This document shows positions 8,347 to 16,864 of a stretch of DNA of 32,152 nucleotides, piece by piece. The notes under the pieces are model-generated. The model was not told the origin of the DNA and searched no databases. It saw only the letters and a program-made list of their open reading frames with translations. How positions within the stretch are numbered: the stretch's first letter is position 1; the number at the start of each line of letters is the position of its first letter. Source of the DNA: an uncultured archaeon (GTDB lineage: Archaea > Aenigmatarchaeota > Aenigmatarchaeia > PWEA01 > JAGHBM01); contig CAYYYO010000001.1 in NCBI GenBank assembly GCA_964476295.1, positions 7,482 to 39,633 of the forward strand. The letters are read 5' to 3'. The translations under genes were made by a program, and so were the position numbers.

Positions 8347-9387
8347 ATGACTAGAGATGTGGACGGTTTTTGTGGTATAGATTCAATTCCATATAGAAGG
8401 TTATGGGGCGAAAAAGAATTTATTTCGGTCTTAGGTTCATGCGTAATAACAAAGGATATAGATAGTTTCAATGGAAAATACAATGAAGTTATAGAAAAAA
8501 TACTAAAGATAAATGGATTGAAACGTACAAGACCTGTTTATTCATCCTGTTCTTTACAAAAACTATTTAAAAATTCTGATTTATGTTTCAAATCTTTAGA
8601 AAGAATCTTAAAAGAAATGGAAAGTGAAATAGAAAAAATAAGATTTATGTTTAGCTCTTATCCGAAAACACCTGAAATATTTATGTTTGGGGATAAAAGA
8701 ATTAGTAAACTTCCTCCAAAAGATTTTATTAAAAGACACCTTTTCAATTCATATCCACACATATGTGCATGGAAAATTATTGAAGAAGGATATAATTATA
8801 AAATATATACAGACGCCTTTTTTGGTTACATAACAAAAGCTTGGAAAGAGATTGAAAATTATAACGATTTGCATGTTTACTTAAATGGAGATGAATGTGT
8901 ACCTATCATTTCTTTAACGGACATAGTTTTGAGAATACTATCAAAAAGACTCGAAGATAATTCGTTATTTATTGGAAAAAGTGAGATACAAAAATCATTT
9001 AAAAGTTATGATAAAAAAGTTGAAGTTGATTATATAGGAAGAGGCATGTTACCTAGAATAACACCTATAAACAACATACCTATACCGTTTGAAAGAAACC
9101 TAAAACATCCCATTTTCTTTGTAATGATGCCTAAAACATCCTTTGTTAGTAATCGAACTTTTCTTGAATCTCCTAGAGGCAATTTACTATTCCGTATAGT
9201 TCATTCTAATAACGGGTGTATTAAGTTTTATGATAAAAAAGATGATTCAGAGTTAATAAAAGATGGTGATTTTTTAGTTTACTTCAATGAAGAAGGTAAA
9301 AAATCCGCTGAATTGATAGAAAGTTTTGGCATAAATATTAATAAAATAAATATCAAAAAAATTGATAAATTAACTATCAAAAAGTAA
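8347..9387 (+). CDS. Hypothetical protein, compositional orphan (346 aa, Lys/Ile/Asn/Phe-rich)
   Basis: It is a long uninterrupted ORF in a segment much more AT-rich than its neighbours. I recognise no family with confidence. The ordered acidic motifs GIDS, IYTDAF and ISLTDIVLRIL are weakly reminiscent of DUF3800 / RNase H-like proteins; this comparison is from memory and unverified. Confidence 0.6.
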   Translation: MTRDVDGFCGIDSIPYRRLWGEKEFISVLGSCVITKDIDSFNGKYNEVIEKILKINGLKRTRPVYSSCSLQKLFKNSDLCFKSLERILKEMESEIEKIRFMFSSYPKTPEIFMFGDKRISKLPPKDFIKRHLFNSYPHICAWKIIEEGYNYKIYTDAFFGYITKAWKEIENYNDLHVYLNGDECVPIISLTDIVLRILSKRLEDNSLFIGKSEIQKSFKSYDKKVEVDYIGRGMLPRITPINNIPIPFERNLKHPIFFVMMPKTSFVSNRTFLESPRGNLLFRIVHSNNGCIKFYDKKDDSELIKDGDFLVYFNEEGKKSAELIESFGININKINIKKIDKLTIKK

Positions 9388-9661
9388 ATAAAGTCTCTTA
9401 GTTAACTTTATATTCTTAATTGTTAAATAATTATTATATGATACACCCTAAACCAAGGGTTATCTACAACCTATCTTGCATACTACCTTTTCTTTTTAAA
9501 TAGATTGTCTAAGATGGATATATCTCCTTCATAATACTCATTTACTACATTTCGCATTCTCATTGTATTCATTTTCTTAGAAGTTTTTCGGTTTTTCCCT
9601 TTGAAAGAAGACCGTTAGGTTTAAATATTTTTTAGTTTAAATAAACACTAAAGGGATTGTT

Positions 9662-10033
9662 ATGAAAATAGAAATAAAGGAGGGTAAAGATGGCAAAGTG
9701 GCTGTACTTGTGTGCTTCAACACGCATTCGGACAAATTCGAGTCAAACTACGAGAGGAACAAATTTTTCAGGGGGCTTTACGGCTGGAGACAGGTGATAA
9801 AAAAAGGTGATTCAGAATATGAATATCACAGGGAAGGCATTTTATGTGAAGTGCCACACATAAAGGTTGACAATTCGGTTTTTATAGTGGCCCTTAAGGA
9901 GATGGAAAAAATTTTGAAATACATGAAAGAGTGGGAAGATAAAATTGATTATGAATTTTTTCGGGTGCTTTTGGAACCGGAAGAATATGAAAAACTTAAA
10001 TCTGAAAAAATTAAATCAAATAGTATAAGGTAG
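9662..10033 (+). CDS. Hypothetical 123-aa protein, predicted small alpha/beta (ferredoxin-like) fold, co-transcribed with cdc48
   Basis: The ORF has native-like composition. Its stop lies 8 nt before the cdc48 ATG, with GGTGA overlapping and following that stop. The pattern VAVLVCF...[12 protein letters not shown]...[26 protein letters not shown]...YEFFRVLL suggests a beta-alpha-beta-beta-alpha-beta order. I recognise no family. Confidence 0.7.
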   Translation: MKIEIKEGKDGKVAVLVCFNTHSDKFESNYERNKFFRGLYGWRQVIKKGDSEYEYHREGILCEVPHIKVDNSVFIVALKEMEKILKYMKEWEDKIDYEFFRVLLEPEEYEKLKSEKIKSNSIR

Positions 10034-10041
10034 GTGATTTT

Positions 10042-12339
10042 ATGATTTTAAAGAAAGGTGATGAAGAAGTAAAATTAAAAGTTGGTGAACTCACCAGCAG
10101 GGAAGAGTATGGGAAAGGAATAGCAAGGATAGACTCAAAAATAATGAAAAAACTTGGCGTGAAGGAAGGGGATGTAATAGAAATACAAGGCAAGGGAAAG
10201 ACAGGAGCTATTGCCGTCAGGGCATACCCCGAAGACATAGGATTGGAGATAATCAGAATAGATGGGTTGGTTAGAAAAAATGCTGGCACAAGCCTTGGTG
10301 AGACAGCAAAGGTAAAAAAAGCTGAAGTAAAGGAAGCTAAATATGTTGTTTTCGCACCGGCTCAGAAAGGCATAAGAATATTCATGAACCCAAACATCTT
10401 GAAGCAAAAGATGCTTATGAGACCGGTTTCAAAGGGAGACATAATTGTTCCTTCTTCTGTAATAAGCAGGAGGGCTGAATACGATCCATTCGAAGAACTA
10501 TTCAAGCAGTTCGGGATAGACATAGACATAATGGGGAATTCTCTTGGGGCATTTGGTTCGGAAATTAAAATGGTTGTGATTAAGACAAATCCTGATGGAA
10601 TAGTAAGGATAAGTGAAAATACTGAAGTTGAACTAAGAGAACAGGCAGTTGAGAAAATAGAAGAAACCAGAATACCTACTGTAACTTATGAGGATATTGG
10701 AGGTTTACATGACGAGATAAAAAAAGTCAGGGAAATGATTGAACTTCCATTGAAGCATCCTGAACTTTTTGAAAGATTGGGTATAGAACCTCCGAAAGGG
10801 GTGTTGATGTACGGGCCTCCTGGCACAGGAAAAACTCTTTTGGCCAAGGCGGTGGCCAATGAAGCTGGAGCACACTTCATTTCATTGGCAGGTCCGGAAA
10901 TAATGTCTAAATTTTACGGGCAGTCAGAGGAAAACTTGAGAAAAGTTTTTGATGAGGCGGAAAAGAATGCGCCGGCAATAATCTTCATAGACGAAATAGA
11001 TGCCATAGCCCCCAAGAGAGAAGAAGTGACAGGAGAGGTGGAAAGAAGGGTTGTATCACAACTGCTTACACTTATGGATGGTTTGAAAAGCAGGGGAAAG
11101 GTTATTGTCATAGCTGCTACCAACAGAGTGAATGCAATAGACCCTGCTTTGAGAAGACCCGGAAGATTTGACAGGGAAATAGAGATGGGTATTCCAAACA
11201 AACAGGGAAGAAAAGAGATTCTGGAGATACATACAAGGCATATGCCGTTAGACAAAGATGTTGACCTAAACCATCTTGCAGAGATAACGCATGGGTACAC
11301 TGGCGCAGATATAGAAATGCTATGCAAAGAAGCGGCAATGCACGTACTTAGAAGAGTTTTGCCGCAGATGTCGGGACTTGAAGAAGATAAACCTCTATCA
11401 GAAGACATAATTAAAAAACTTAAGGTAACAAAAAAAGATTTTAATTACGCCCTTAAAATGGTTCAGCCATCTGGAATGAGAGAAGTTATGATTGAAGTTC
11501 CAAAAGTTAAGTGGTCTGATGTAGGCGGTTTGGAAAATGTGAAGAAAAAGTTGAAGGAATCTGTCGAATGGCCATTGAAGTATCCGGATTCTTTCAAAAA
11601 GATAGGAATTAACCCACCAAGGGGAATTTTGCTTTACGGACCTCCTGGCTGCGGTAAAACCATGCTTGCAAGAGCTGTGGCCAATGAAAGTGAAGCAAAC
11701 TTCATTTCTGTCAAAGGTCCGGAGCTTCTTTCAAAATGGGTTGGAGAATCAGAAAGAATGGTAAGGGAAATTTTCAGAAAGGCAAGACAGGTCTCGCCAA
11801 CGGTAATATTCTTCGATGAAATAGATTCTCTGGCGCCAAGTAGGTCCGTTTCTTCATCAGACAGCAGAGTTGGAGAAAGAGTTGTTTCACAACTTCTTAG
11901 CGAGATGAGTGGATTAGAAGAACTGCATGATGTGGTTGTACTGGCTGCAACAAACAGACCAGATATGGTTGACCCTGCACTTCTCAGGCCTGGAAGGTTC
12001 GATAGACAGATACTTGTTCCATCGCCTGAAGAGAAGAGCAGACTTAAAATATTGCAGGTCCACACAAAAAAGATGCCACTTGATAAGAATGTTGACCTTA
12101 AGAAATTAGCGAAGGAAACAGAGGGATACAGCGGTGCAGATATAGCAGCTGTTTGCAGAGAAGCCGGAATGAATGCGTTAAGGGAAGATATAAAAAGTGC
12201 AAAAGTTTCTATGAAACACTTTGAAAAGGCATTGAAAGAAATAAAGCCCTCTTTAACAAAGAGCATAGTGGATTATTACAAAAAACTTAATTTCAGAAAT
12301 ACGACAAGGAAAAAAGATGATGAAAGGTACATAGGTTAA
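10042..12339 (+). CDS. cdc48: Cdc48/VCP/p97-type double AAA+ ATPase
   Basis: The N-domain contains [24 protein letters not shown]1 has [25 protein letters not shown] and [22 protein letters not shown]2 has [25 protein letters not shown] and [20 protein letters not shown]. Confidence 0.95.
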   Translation: MILKKGDEEVKLKVGELTSREEYGKGIARIDSKIMKKLGVKEGDVIEIQGKGKTGAIAVRAYPEDIGLEIIRIDGLVRKNAGTSLGETAKVKKAEVKEAKYVVFAPAQKGIRIFMNPNILKQKMLMRPVSKGDIIVPSSVISRRAEYDPFEELFKQFGIDIDIMGNSLGAFGSEIKMVVIKTNPDGIVRISENTEVELREQAVEKIEETRIPTVTYEDIGGLHDEIKKVREMIELPLKHPELFERLGIEPPKGVLMYGPPGTGKTLLAKAVANEAGAHFISLAGPEIMSKFYGQSEENLRKVFDEAEKNAPAIIFIDEIDAIAPKREEVTGEVERRVVSQLLTLMDGLKSRGKVIVIAATNRVNAIDPALRRPGRFDREIEMGIPNKQGRKEILEIHTRHMPLDKDVDLNHLAEITHGYTGADIEMLCKEAAMHVLRRVLPQMSGLEEDKPLSEDIIKKLKVTKKDFNYALKMVQPSGMREVMIEVPKVKWSDVGGLENVKKKLKESVEWPLKYPDSFKKIGINPPRGILLYGPPGCGKTMLARAVANESEANFISVKGPELLSKWVGESERMVREIFRKARQVSPTVIFFDEIDSLAPSRSVSSSDSRVGERVVSQLLSEMSGLEELHDVVVLAATNRPDMVDPALLRPGRFDRQILVPSPEEKSRLKILQVHTKKMPLDKNVDLKKLAKETEGYSGADIAAVCREAGMNALREDIKSAKVSMKHFEKALKEIKPSLTKSIVDYYKKLNFRNTTRKKDDERYIG

Positions 12340-13235
12340 AGTGTTGTAATAATCGGCTTATCTGAAACTATGATGGTGTGCTCTGCTTGGGCCACGTATC
12401 CGTTTTTAATTTCCCTCAGCGCTGGATATTCATGGAGAGAGTTGTTCTGCACCAGTTGTCTGAGAATCAAATTTAATTTTAATTGCGATAAACTTGGGAT
12501 TTTTTGAATTATCCATCTTTTGGTAAATGGAAGTCCGTAAAACTTATCTTTCGCTATACTTAAGATTTTTCTGCTCTCTGGAAAGCGGGTGGGTTTGTCA
12601 TTGAGAAACATGTATATTAAAGCTTTCTCTGTTTCTATGACTTTTCCAGAGCCGTCTGTAACAAAGGGTTCCACAGCAAACACATCTCCTTCTTTGAGTT
12701 CATAGTTTAATATTGTCCTGACATTTGGTATTTCTATACCGGCATGAAGTTTATACTGACCGAGAGCATGACCTGTAAGATTTTTAACAGGAATAAAACC
12801 GGAATTTCTTATTGTCTGTTCTATCACATCAGATATATGAGAAATTTTTATTCCCGGCTTCATAATTTTTAACGCTTCATTTAAGGCATTTCTTGCTGTT
12901 TTTATCAAATCTTCCTTTCCTGAATTAAGAGAAATAGTGCAGGCACCGTCTGCTATATAGCCGTCTATATGCACGCCTATGTCCAATTTAACCAGGTCAC
13001 CGTCCTTGAATACTCTTTCATCTCCTATATCCGCGGTATCATGCGCGGCAGTTTCATTTATGGAAATATTTACAGGAAAAGCGAATTCACCTCCCATGTT
13101 TTTTATTTTTTCTTCTATTCTCTCAACGACATCTATAATTCTTGCATCCGGCTTTATCAGTTTGGAGCCGAATTCCAGGCATTCTTTATGTATCTTGCCT
13201 GCTTTTTTGTATTTTTCAAGAATTTCTTTTTCCAT
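12336..13235 (-). CDS. map: Methionine aminopeptidase, type 2 (archaeal/eukaryotic class)
   Basis: [17 protein letters not shown], the metal-ligand block [37 protein letters not shown] and AQAEHTI are present. The helical insertion typical of type 2 enzymes is present, and the product is 299 aa. Confidence 0.93.
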   Translation of the reverse strand: MEKEILEKYKKAGKIHKECLEFGSKLIKPDARIIDVVERIEEKIKNMGGEFAFPVNISINETAAHDTADIGDERVFKDGDLVKLDIGVHIDGYIADGACTISLNSGKEDLIKTARNALNEALKIMKPGIKISHISDVIEQTIRNSGFIPVKNLTGHALGQYKLHAGIEIPNVRTILNYELKEGDVFAVEPFVTDGSGKVIETEKALIYMFLNDKPTRFPESRKILSIAKDKFYGLPFTKRWIIQKIPSLSQLKLNLILRQLVQNNSLHEYPALREIKNGYVAQAEHTIIVSDKPIITTL

Positions 13236-13296
13236 TTATCTCACCTTGAAAGAAATTTCAAAACTTGTTTTGTATATTTCTTTTTCCATTTATCTC
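13222..13296 (-). repeat. Two copies of a 21-nt direct repeat that duplicates the map ribosome-binding region, ATG and first four codons. The upstream copy opens a 17-codon uORF (13236-13289).
   Basis: ATTTCTTTTTCCATTTATCTC occurs at 13222-13242 and again at 13276-13296 (+ strand). On the minus strand each copy reads GAGATAAATGGAAAAAGAAAT. The upstream copy encodes MEKEIYKTSFEISFKVR, and its TAA stop abuts the map ATG (TAAATG). Confidence 0.9.
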
Positions 13297-13305
13297 CTCT
13301 CTAAA

Positions 13306-14379
13306 TCACTTAGGTATGAAGTCTTTTAATCTTTTAAATGCTTTAAGTTTTTCTCGATTCCCTATCTTTGCTTCTTCAATTGCTGTTTTGAGAATTTCTA
13401 TTGAAGAGTCCATGGTTTCTCTGTTCACGGGGTATGGTGTACCATCCTTTCCGCCGTGTGCAAAGGAATATTTAACAGGGTCTTTCCAGCTTGGCTCAGT
13501 GCCATATATCAGGTCGCTGAGAAGAGCCAAAGCCCTTACTGTTTTTGGACCCATTCCTTTTATCATGAGAAGTTCCTCATAATTTTTTGGCTGAAATTCA
13601 TATGCATTCATCAGTGGCTTGAAATTCTTAAGTTCTATTAAATGCTTGCGCGGCATGGTGAAACCGTAATCAAGAAGAGTTGTTTGTTTAGAGAAATATT
13701 TTTTCAGATGAACTGGATTGTCTTTAATTAAATCCACAGAAGCATTTCTTGCATCTTCACTTTCAAAGGCAACCATATTGAGAACTTTTCCTTTTGCGTC
13801 ACAGCATATGGCTGAATGAGGTTCTTCAACAAAACTTTTTACATTGTCAGAAAGCCAGTGGTATCTTCGTGCATATTTGTTCTCAGGATTCATTCCTTGC
13901 TGAACAACAGTCCATTTTCCTTCCTCTGTGAAGATGAAAATGTGGTGATATAACTGATATCCATCCTGGAGTGCAGTGTTATCAACTTTTGCTGAGATTT
14001 TGCTCGCATATTTCAGTTTTTCAATCTTTTTTGTGGATAAGGATAAAATCTCACCAAATTTCTCTATTTCTTGAGGAGTTTTTCTCGAAGCTTTCCCTTT
14101 TCCTCCCGCCACAGCAATCCCAAATTCCTCTGGTTTAATTGACTCCTTTAGTACGCCCCCTGTAACTGTGGTGGTTCCGGAAGAGTGCCAGTCAAAGCCA
14201 ATTGCGCAGGAAAATCCCTGAAACCAGAATGGATTTGAAATTCTACGAAGAAACTCATCCCTTCCAAATTCATCCACAACAACTCTGATAATTTCTCGGG
14301 AAAGTTTTCTCATCCTTTCAAAAAGCCATCTTGGTGCATGACCTCCATGAAGAGGAAGGTTTGCATAGCCGGTTTTCAT
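13306..14379 (-). CDS. DUF763-family conserved protein with a C-terminal helix-hairpin-helix motif
   Basis: ANLPLHGGHAPRWLFERM and FDWHSSGTTTVTG match my recollection of the DUF763 (PF05559) conserved N-terminal blocks. LMIKGMGPKTVRALALLSDLIYG fits the HhH consensus (h-x-x-h-x-G-h-G-x-x-x-A). Confidence 0.78.
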   Translation of the reverse strand: MKTGYANLPLHGGHAPRWLFERMRKLSREIIRVVVDEFGRDEFLRRISNPFWFQGFSCAIGFDWHSSGTTTVTGGVLKESIKPEEFGIAVAGGKGKASRKTPQEIEKFGEILSLSTKKIEKLKYASKISAKVDNTALQDGYQLYHHIFIFTEEGKWTVVQQGMNPENKYARRYHWLSDNVKSFVEEPHSAICCDAKGKVLNMVAFESEDARNASVDLIKDNPVHLKKYFSKQTTLLDYGFTMPRKHLIELKNFKPLMNAYEFQPKNYEELLMIKGMGPKTVRALALLSDLIYGTEPSWKDPVKYSFAHGGKDGTPYPVNRETMDSSIEILKTAIEEAKIGNREKLKAFKRLKDFIPK

Positions 14380-14469
14380 ATTTATTTTTAGTAAAAATGC
14401 TTTAAAATATGAAAGTGGGTTACAGCACTTCTTAAAAGGAGTGAAATAAAAGTTATAACAGAAGAAGAT

Positions 14470-16830
14470 TTATAGCCACTTTTTCAAACCTGTTTGCCTC
14501 CCTTCTCCCTTCAATTCATTTTCACTTATCCTAAAAACGGAAAGGACTCTCATGGCTGCTGGAATTATTTGGTTGTTTATATAATAGTCTGTATCAATTT
14601 GGTCTATGGTTGTATCCTGGAATGGCTCTGCCCTTTGGCTTATTGATCCAGAACCTTTCTTTATCACAAACATAACAATCATTCCGGGTCCAACCGGCTC
14701 TCCCCTTTCCTTCATCTTCTTTGCTGCAATAACGTGTGGACCAATTTGCTCATACTCCTTCAGAGGTTTTGTTAGCTGTTCATATATTACAAGGTTTTTT
14801 ATATCTATTTCTCTCTTTTTAATTTTCTCAATCACTTCTTTCACATAATTCTTTGCACCTTCAACGTCTTCGCTTTCTAAAACAAACTTCAAGACCTTTC
14901 TTTGAACTTCTTTCGCAAGATTGCACCAATCCCTTCTCACAGTTTCAAACCCGCGAATTGTAAGGTTTCCCTTATCATCTATCAGGGCATACCTCTTTTT
15001 TGCTCCCCTTCCTATTCTGGTGGAAACAAAGATTCCACATTTGTAGAACCCCTGAAGGTCCAGTTCCATTATACCTGGGAGTGAATTGTTCACTTTAGCA
15101 AGAAACTTTTTTGTTTTTTCCTTTATTTTTTCAGAAGTGAGAAAAACTGAATCTGTATCGCTGTATATGACTTTAAAGCCACTGTTTTTCGCTTCTTCAA
15201 TTATTTTCTTTATATAAAACCTTCCCCAGGCAGCCGCGCTCTCTGCACACTCAAAGCAATACCACTTGCTTCCGGGAAAGGCAAAGTAACCGTAAGTGGC
15301 GTTTGCTGTTATCTTAAGTGCCTTTTCTTCCAGTTTCAACCTTTCGTCATCAGTTCTTTTCAGTTTTTTCTTTATTTCTATTCTCTTCTTCACAAGTTCT
15401 TCTATAACTGTTGAAATAAAACCTTTCTTTTTACAAAAATGATAGTCCAATCCCGGAACTTTTTCACCTTTGCAACAGGAACAGTTAAGGGTTTCCGGAG
15501 AAATGTTATGGGAAGCTATTATAGTTGGATAAAGACTGCGAAAATCTAGGACAGATATATTTTTGTGAAGCCCTTCTTCAGGTTCTTTGACAAAACCGCC
15601 CACATAAGCACGCCTCATTCTTCTTCTCTTTATTTCTTCAAACTTTGGCTGGTTGGGAATTATTCTTCCCATTGAAAATGCTCTCTTGCTGAGATGCCAC
15701 TCAACCAGTTGAGAGTAAGTCATCCTTGATACGTCAAAAGGAGTCTGGCCAACAAGCCGACATAGTTCAATAATCTGTGGGAGTAAAAATTCTCCGAGTT
15801 TATAGGCAAGTTCGCTGTCCTTTAAGCAATACTCAGACAGTTTAGAAAGGTTTTCCCCTTTTCTCCAAGATTCAAAAATTTCTTCAACCTGCATCTCTAT
15901 CTTTTCATCTCCCAGAATTTCAGAGCACACTTCCCCAAGACCAAGAACTTCTGTTTGCAATTGGGGTGAAATTATATTGGAAATAAAGTTAAACAAATCT
16001 ATGTGAACTCTTCCCTGAATTTCTGCTGAACTGATTCTTGCACGCCTCGTGAACTTCAATTCAGACCCGTCTCTTGAGATGTCCAGGACAACTTTGTTAT
16101 CTTCTGCCCTATTTTGAATTATTTTGAAGTCAAAAGAATCAGAGTTATACCCATAGATTATATCCGGGTCCATTTCCTTTATTATTTCAACGAATCTTTC
16201 AAGAAGTTCTTTTTCGCTGTTCAAAACTTCTACGTAATCTGGATAAGAACTTTTTTTATATGTAAGAACTTTCTTGAAATTCTTTCCAAAGAGTGAAAGC
16301 ATCACCACTTTTGTTTCACTCCCCTCTTCGTAAGTCTCTATGTCAAAGGAAATTGCATTAAGTTTGGTCTTTTTAGGGAGAATTTTTTTAATGCTTTTCG
16401 CTTTCACTCCTTCTGATGTTTCCTCACATTCGGCTTCAAACCATTCTCCCGGACTGAACTGGTTATCTATCAAATATCTCCTGTAAAAATTTATGGAATA
16501 CTCGTAACATCCGTCATGGCCTATTTCCGGAAAATCTTTTATGGCATCCCTTATCTTTGGGACATCCGTTGGGTTGAAGGCATAAATTTTCAAGAGTTTC
16601 TTTTTCTCAGAACCTATTATCTTCTCAATAACCTCTATTCTCTTAACCATCGGCTCTTTTATTGAGAGTATTTTTTTCTTCACATTTTCAATGTTTTTCT
16701 TCGGAAGGGCATATAGGTATGGGTCGAAATCCACGAGGATAAAAACTGTTTCACCCTTTTCACTCTTGCCCATCAGCCGTATTGTTGCGTTTATGTAATC
16801 GGCGTCAAGCAGCAGGAACTTTATTTTCAT
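14470..16830 (-). CDS. polB: Family B DNA polymerase (PolB), intein-free
   Basis: The exonuclease motifs are Exo I ISFDIET, Exo II GYNSDSFDFKII and Exo III YCLKDSEL. The polymerase motifs are motif A DFRSLYPTII, motif B KITANATYGY and motif C IYSDTDSVF. At 786 aa, the length is consistent with no intein. Confidence 0.95.
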   Translation of the reverse strand: MKIKFLLLDADYINATIRLMGKSEKGETVFILVDFDPYLYALPKKNIENVKKKILSIKEPMVKRIEVIEKIIGSEKKKLLKIYAFNPTDVPKIRDAIKDFPEIGHDGCYEYSINFYRRYLIDNQFSPGEWFEAECEETSEGVKAKSIKKILPKKTKLNAISFDIETYEEGSETKVVMLSLFGKNFKKVLTYKKSSYPDYVEVLNSEKELLERFVEIIKEMDPDIIYGYNSDSFDFKIIQNRAEDNKVVLDISRDGSELKFTRRARISSAEIQGRVHIDLFNFISNIISPQLQTEVLGLGEVCSEILGDEKIEMQVEEIFESWRKGENLSKLSEYCLKDSELAYKLGEFLLPQIIELCRLVGQTPFDVSRMTYSQLVEWHLSKRAFSMGRIIPNQPKFEEIKRRRMRRAYVGGFVKEPEEGLHKNISVLDFRSLYPTIIASHNISPETLNCSCCKGEKVPGLDYHFCKKKGFISTVIEELVKKRIEIKKKLKRTDDERLKLEEKALKITANATYGYFAFPGSKWYCFECAESAAAWGRFYIKKIIEEAKNSGFKVIYSDTDSVFLTSEKIKEKTKKFLAKVNNSLPGIMELDLQGFYKCGIFVSTRIGRGAKKRYALIDDKGNLTIRGFETVRRDWCNLAKEVQRKVLKFVLESEDVEGAKNYVKEVIEKIKKREIDIKNLVIYEQLTKPLKEYEQIGPHVIAAKKMKERGEPVGPGMIVMFVIKKGSGSISQRAEPFQDTTIDQIDTDYYINNQIIPAAMRVLSVFRISENELKGEGRQTGLKKWL

Positions 16831-16864
16831 AATATAAAATTGTAGTGTGTAAAATAAAAGTTTG

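Noticed and set aside
8335-9425. 9-nt direct repeat TAATTGTTA on both sides of the orphan gene (about 8336-8344 and 9417-9425), considered as a possible target-site duplication
   Set aside because: The match is short and lies in very AT-rich sequence, so it is expected by chance. No integrase, transposase or terminal inverted repeats accompany it.
9483-9572. 29-codon minus-strand ORF (MNTMRMRNVVNEYYEGDISILDNLFKKKR) in the 274-nt spacer
   Set aside because: It is too short, has no ribosome-binding site or recognisable motif, and could be random in AT-rich DNA. It is mentioned only as a possible gene remnant in the spacer finding.
10914-12266. Minus-strand ORFs 10914-11408 (164 aa) and 11634-12266 (210 aa) inside cdc48, plus smaller ones nearby
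   Set aside because: These are antisense shadows of the two AAA+ domains. Their products are Ser/Leu/Phe-rich with no motifs. The same reasoning applies to 20615-21088, 25646-26044, 26285-26745, 21875-22291, 28744-29127, 30003-30694 and the other track ORFs nested in confident genes.
12317-12365. C/D-box sRNA-like layout at the cdc48/map junction: ATGATGA (12317-12323), 12-nt spacer, and CTGA (12362-12365) about 13 nt after a UGUUGUA element
   Set aside because: The internal D' (TTAA) and C' (TGTTGTA) boxes are degenerate. There is no terminal stem (AAAAAG versus AACTAT). The C-box arises naturally from the Asp-Asp-Glu codons GAT GAT GAA. The layout is indistinguishable from chance without expression or conservation data.
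14427-14444. Imperfect hairpin CACTTCTTAAAAGGAGTG between polB and DUF763, considered as a terminator
   Set aside because: On the transcribed (minus) strand the G-U pair becomes a C-A mismatch, leaving only a 4-bp stem. That is not significant.
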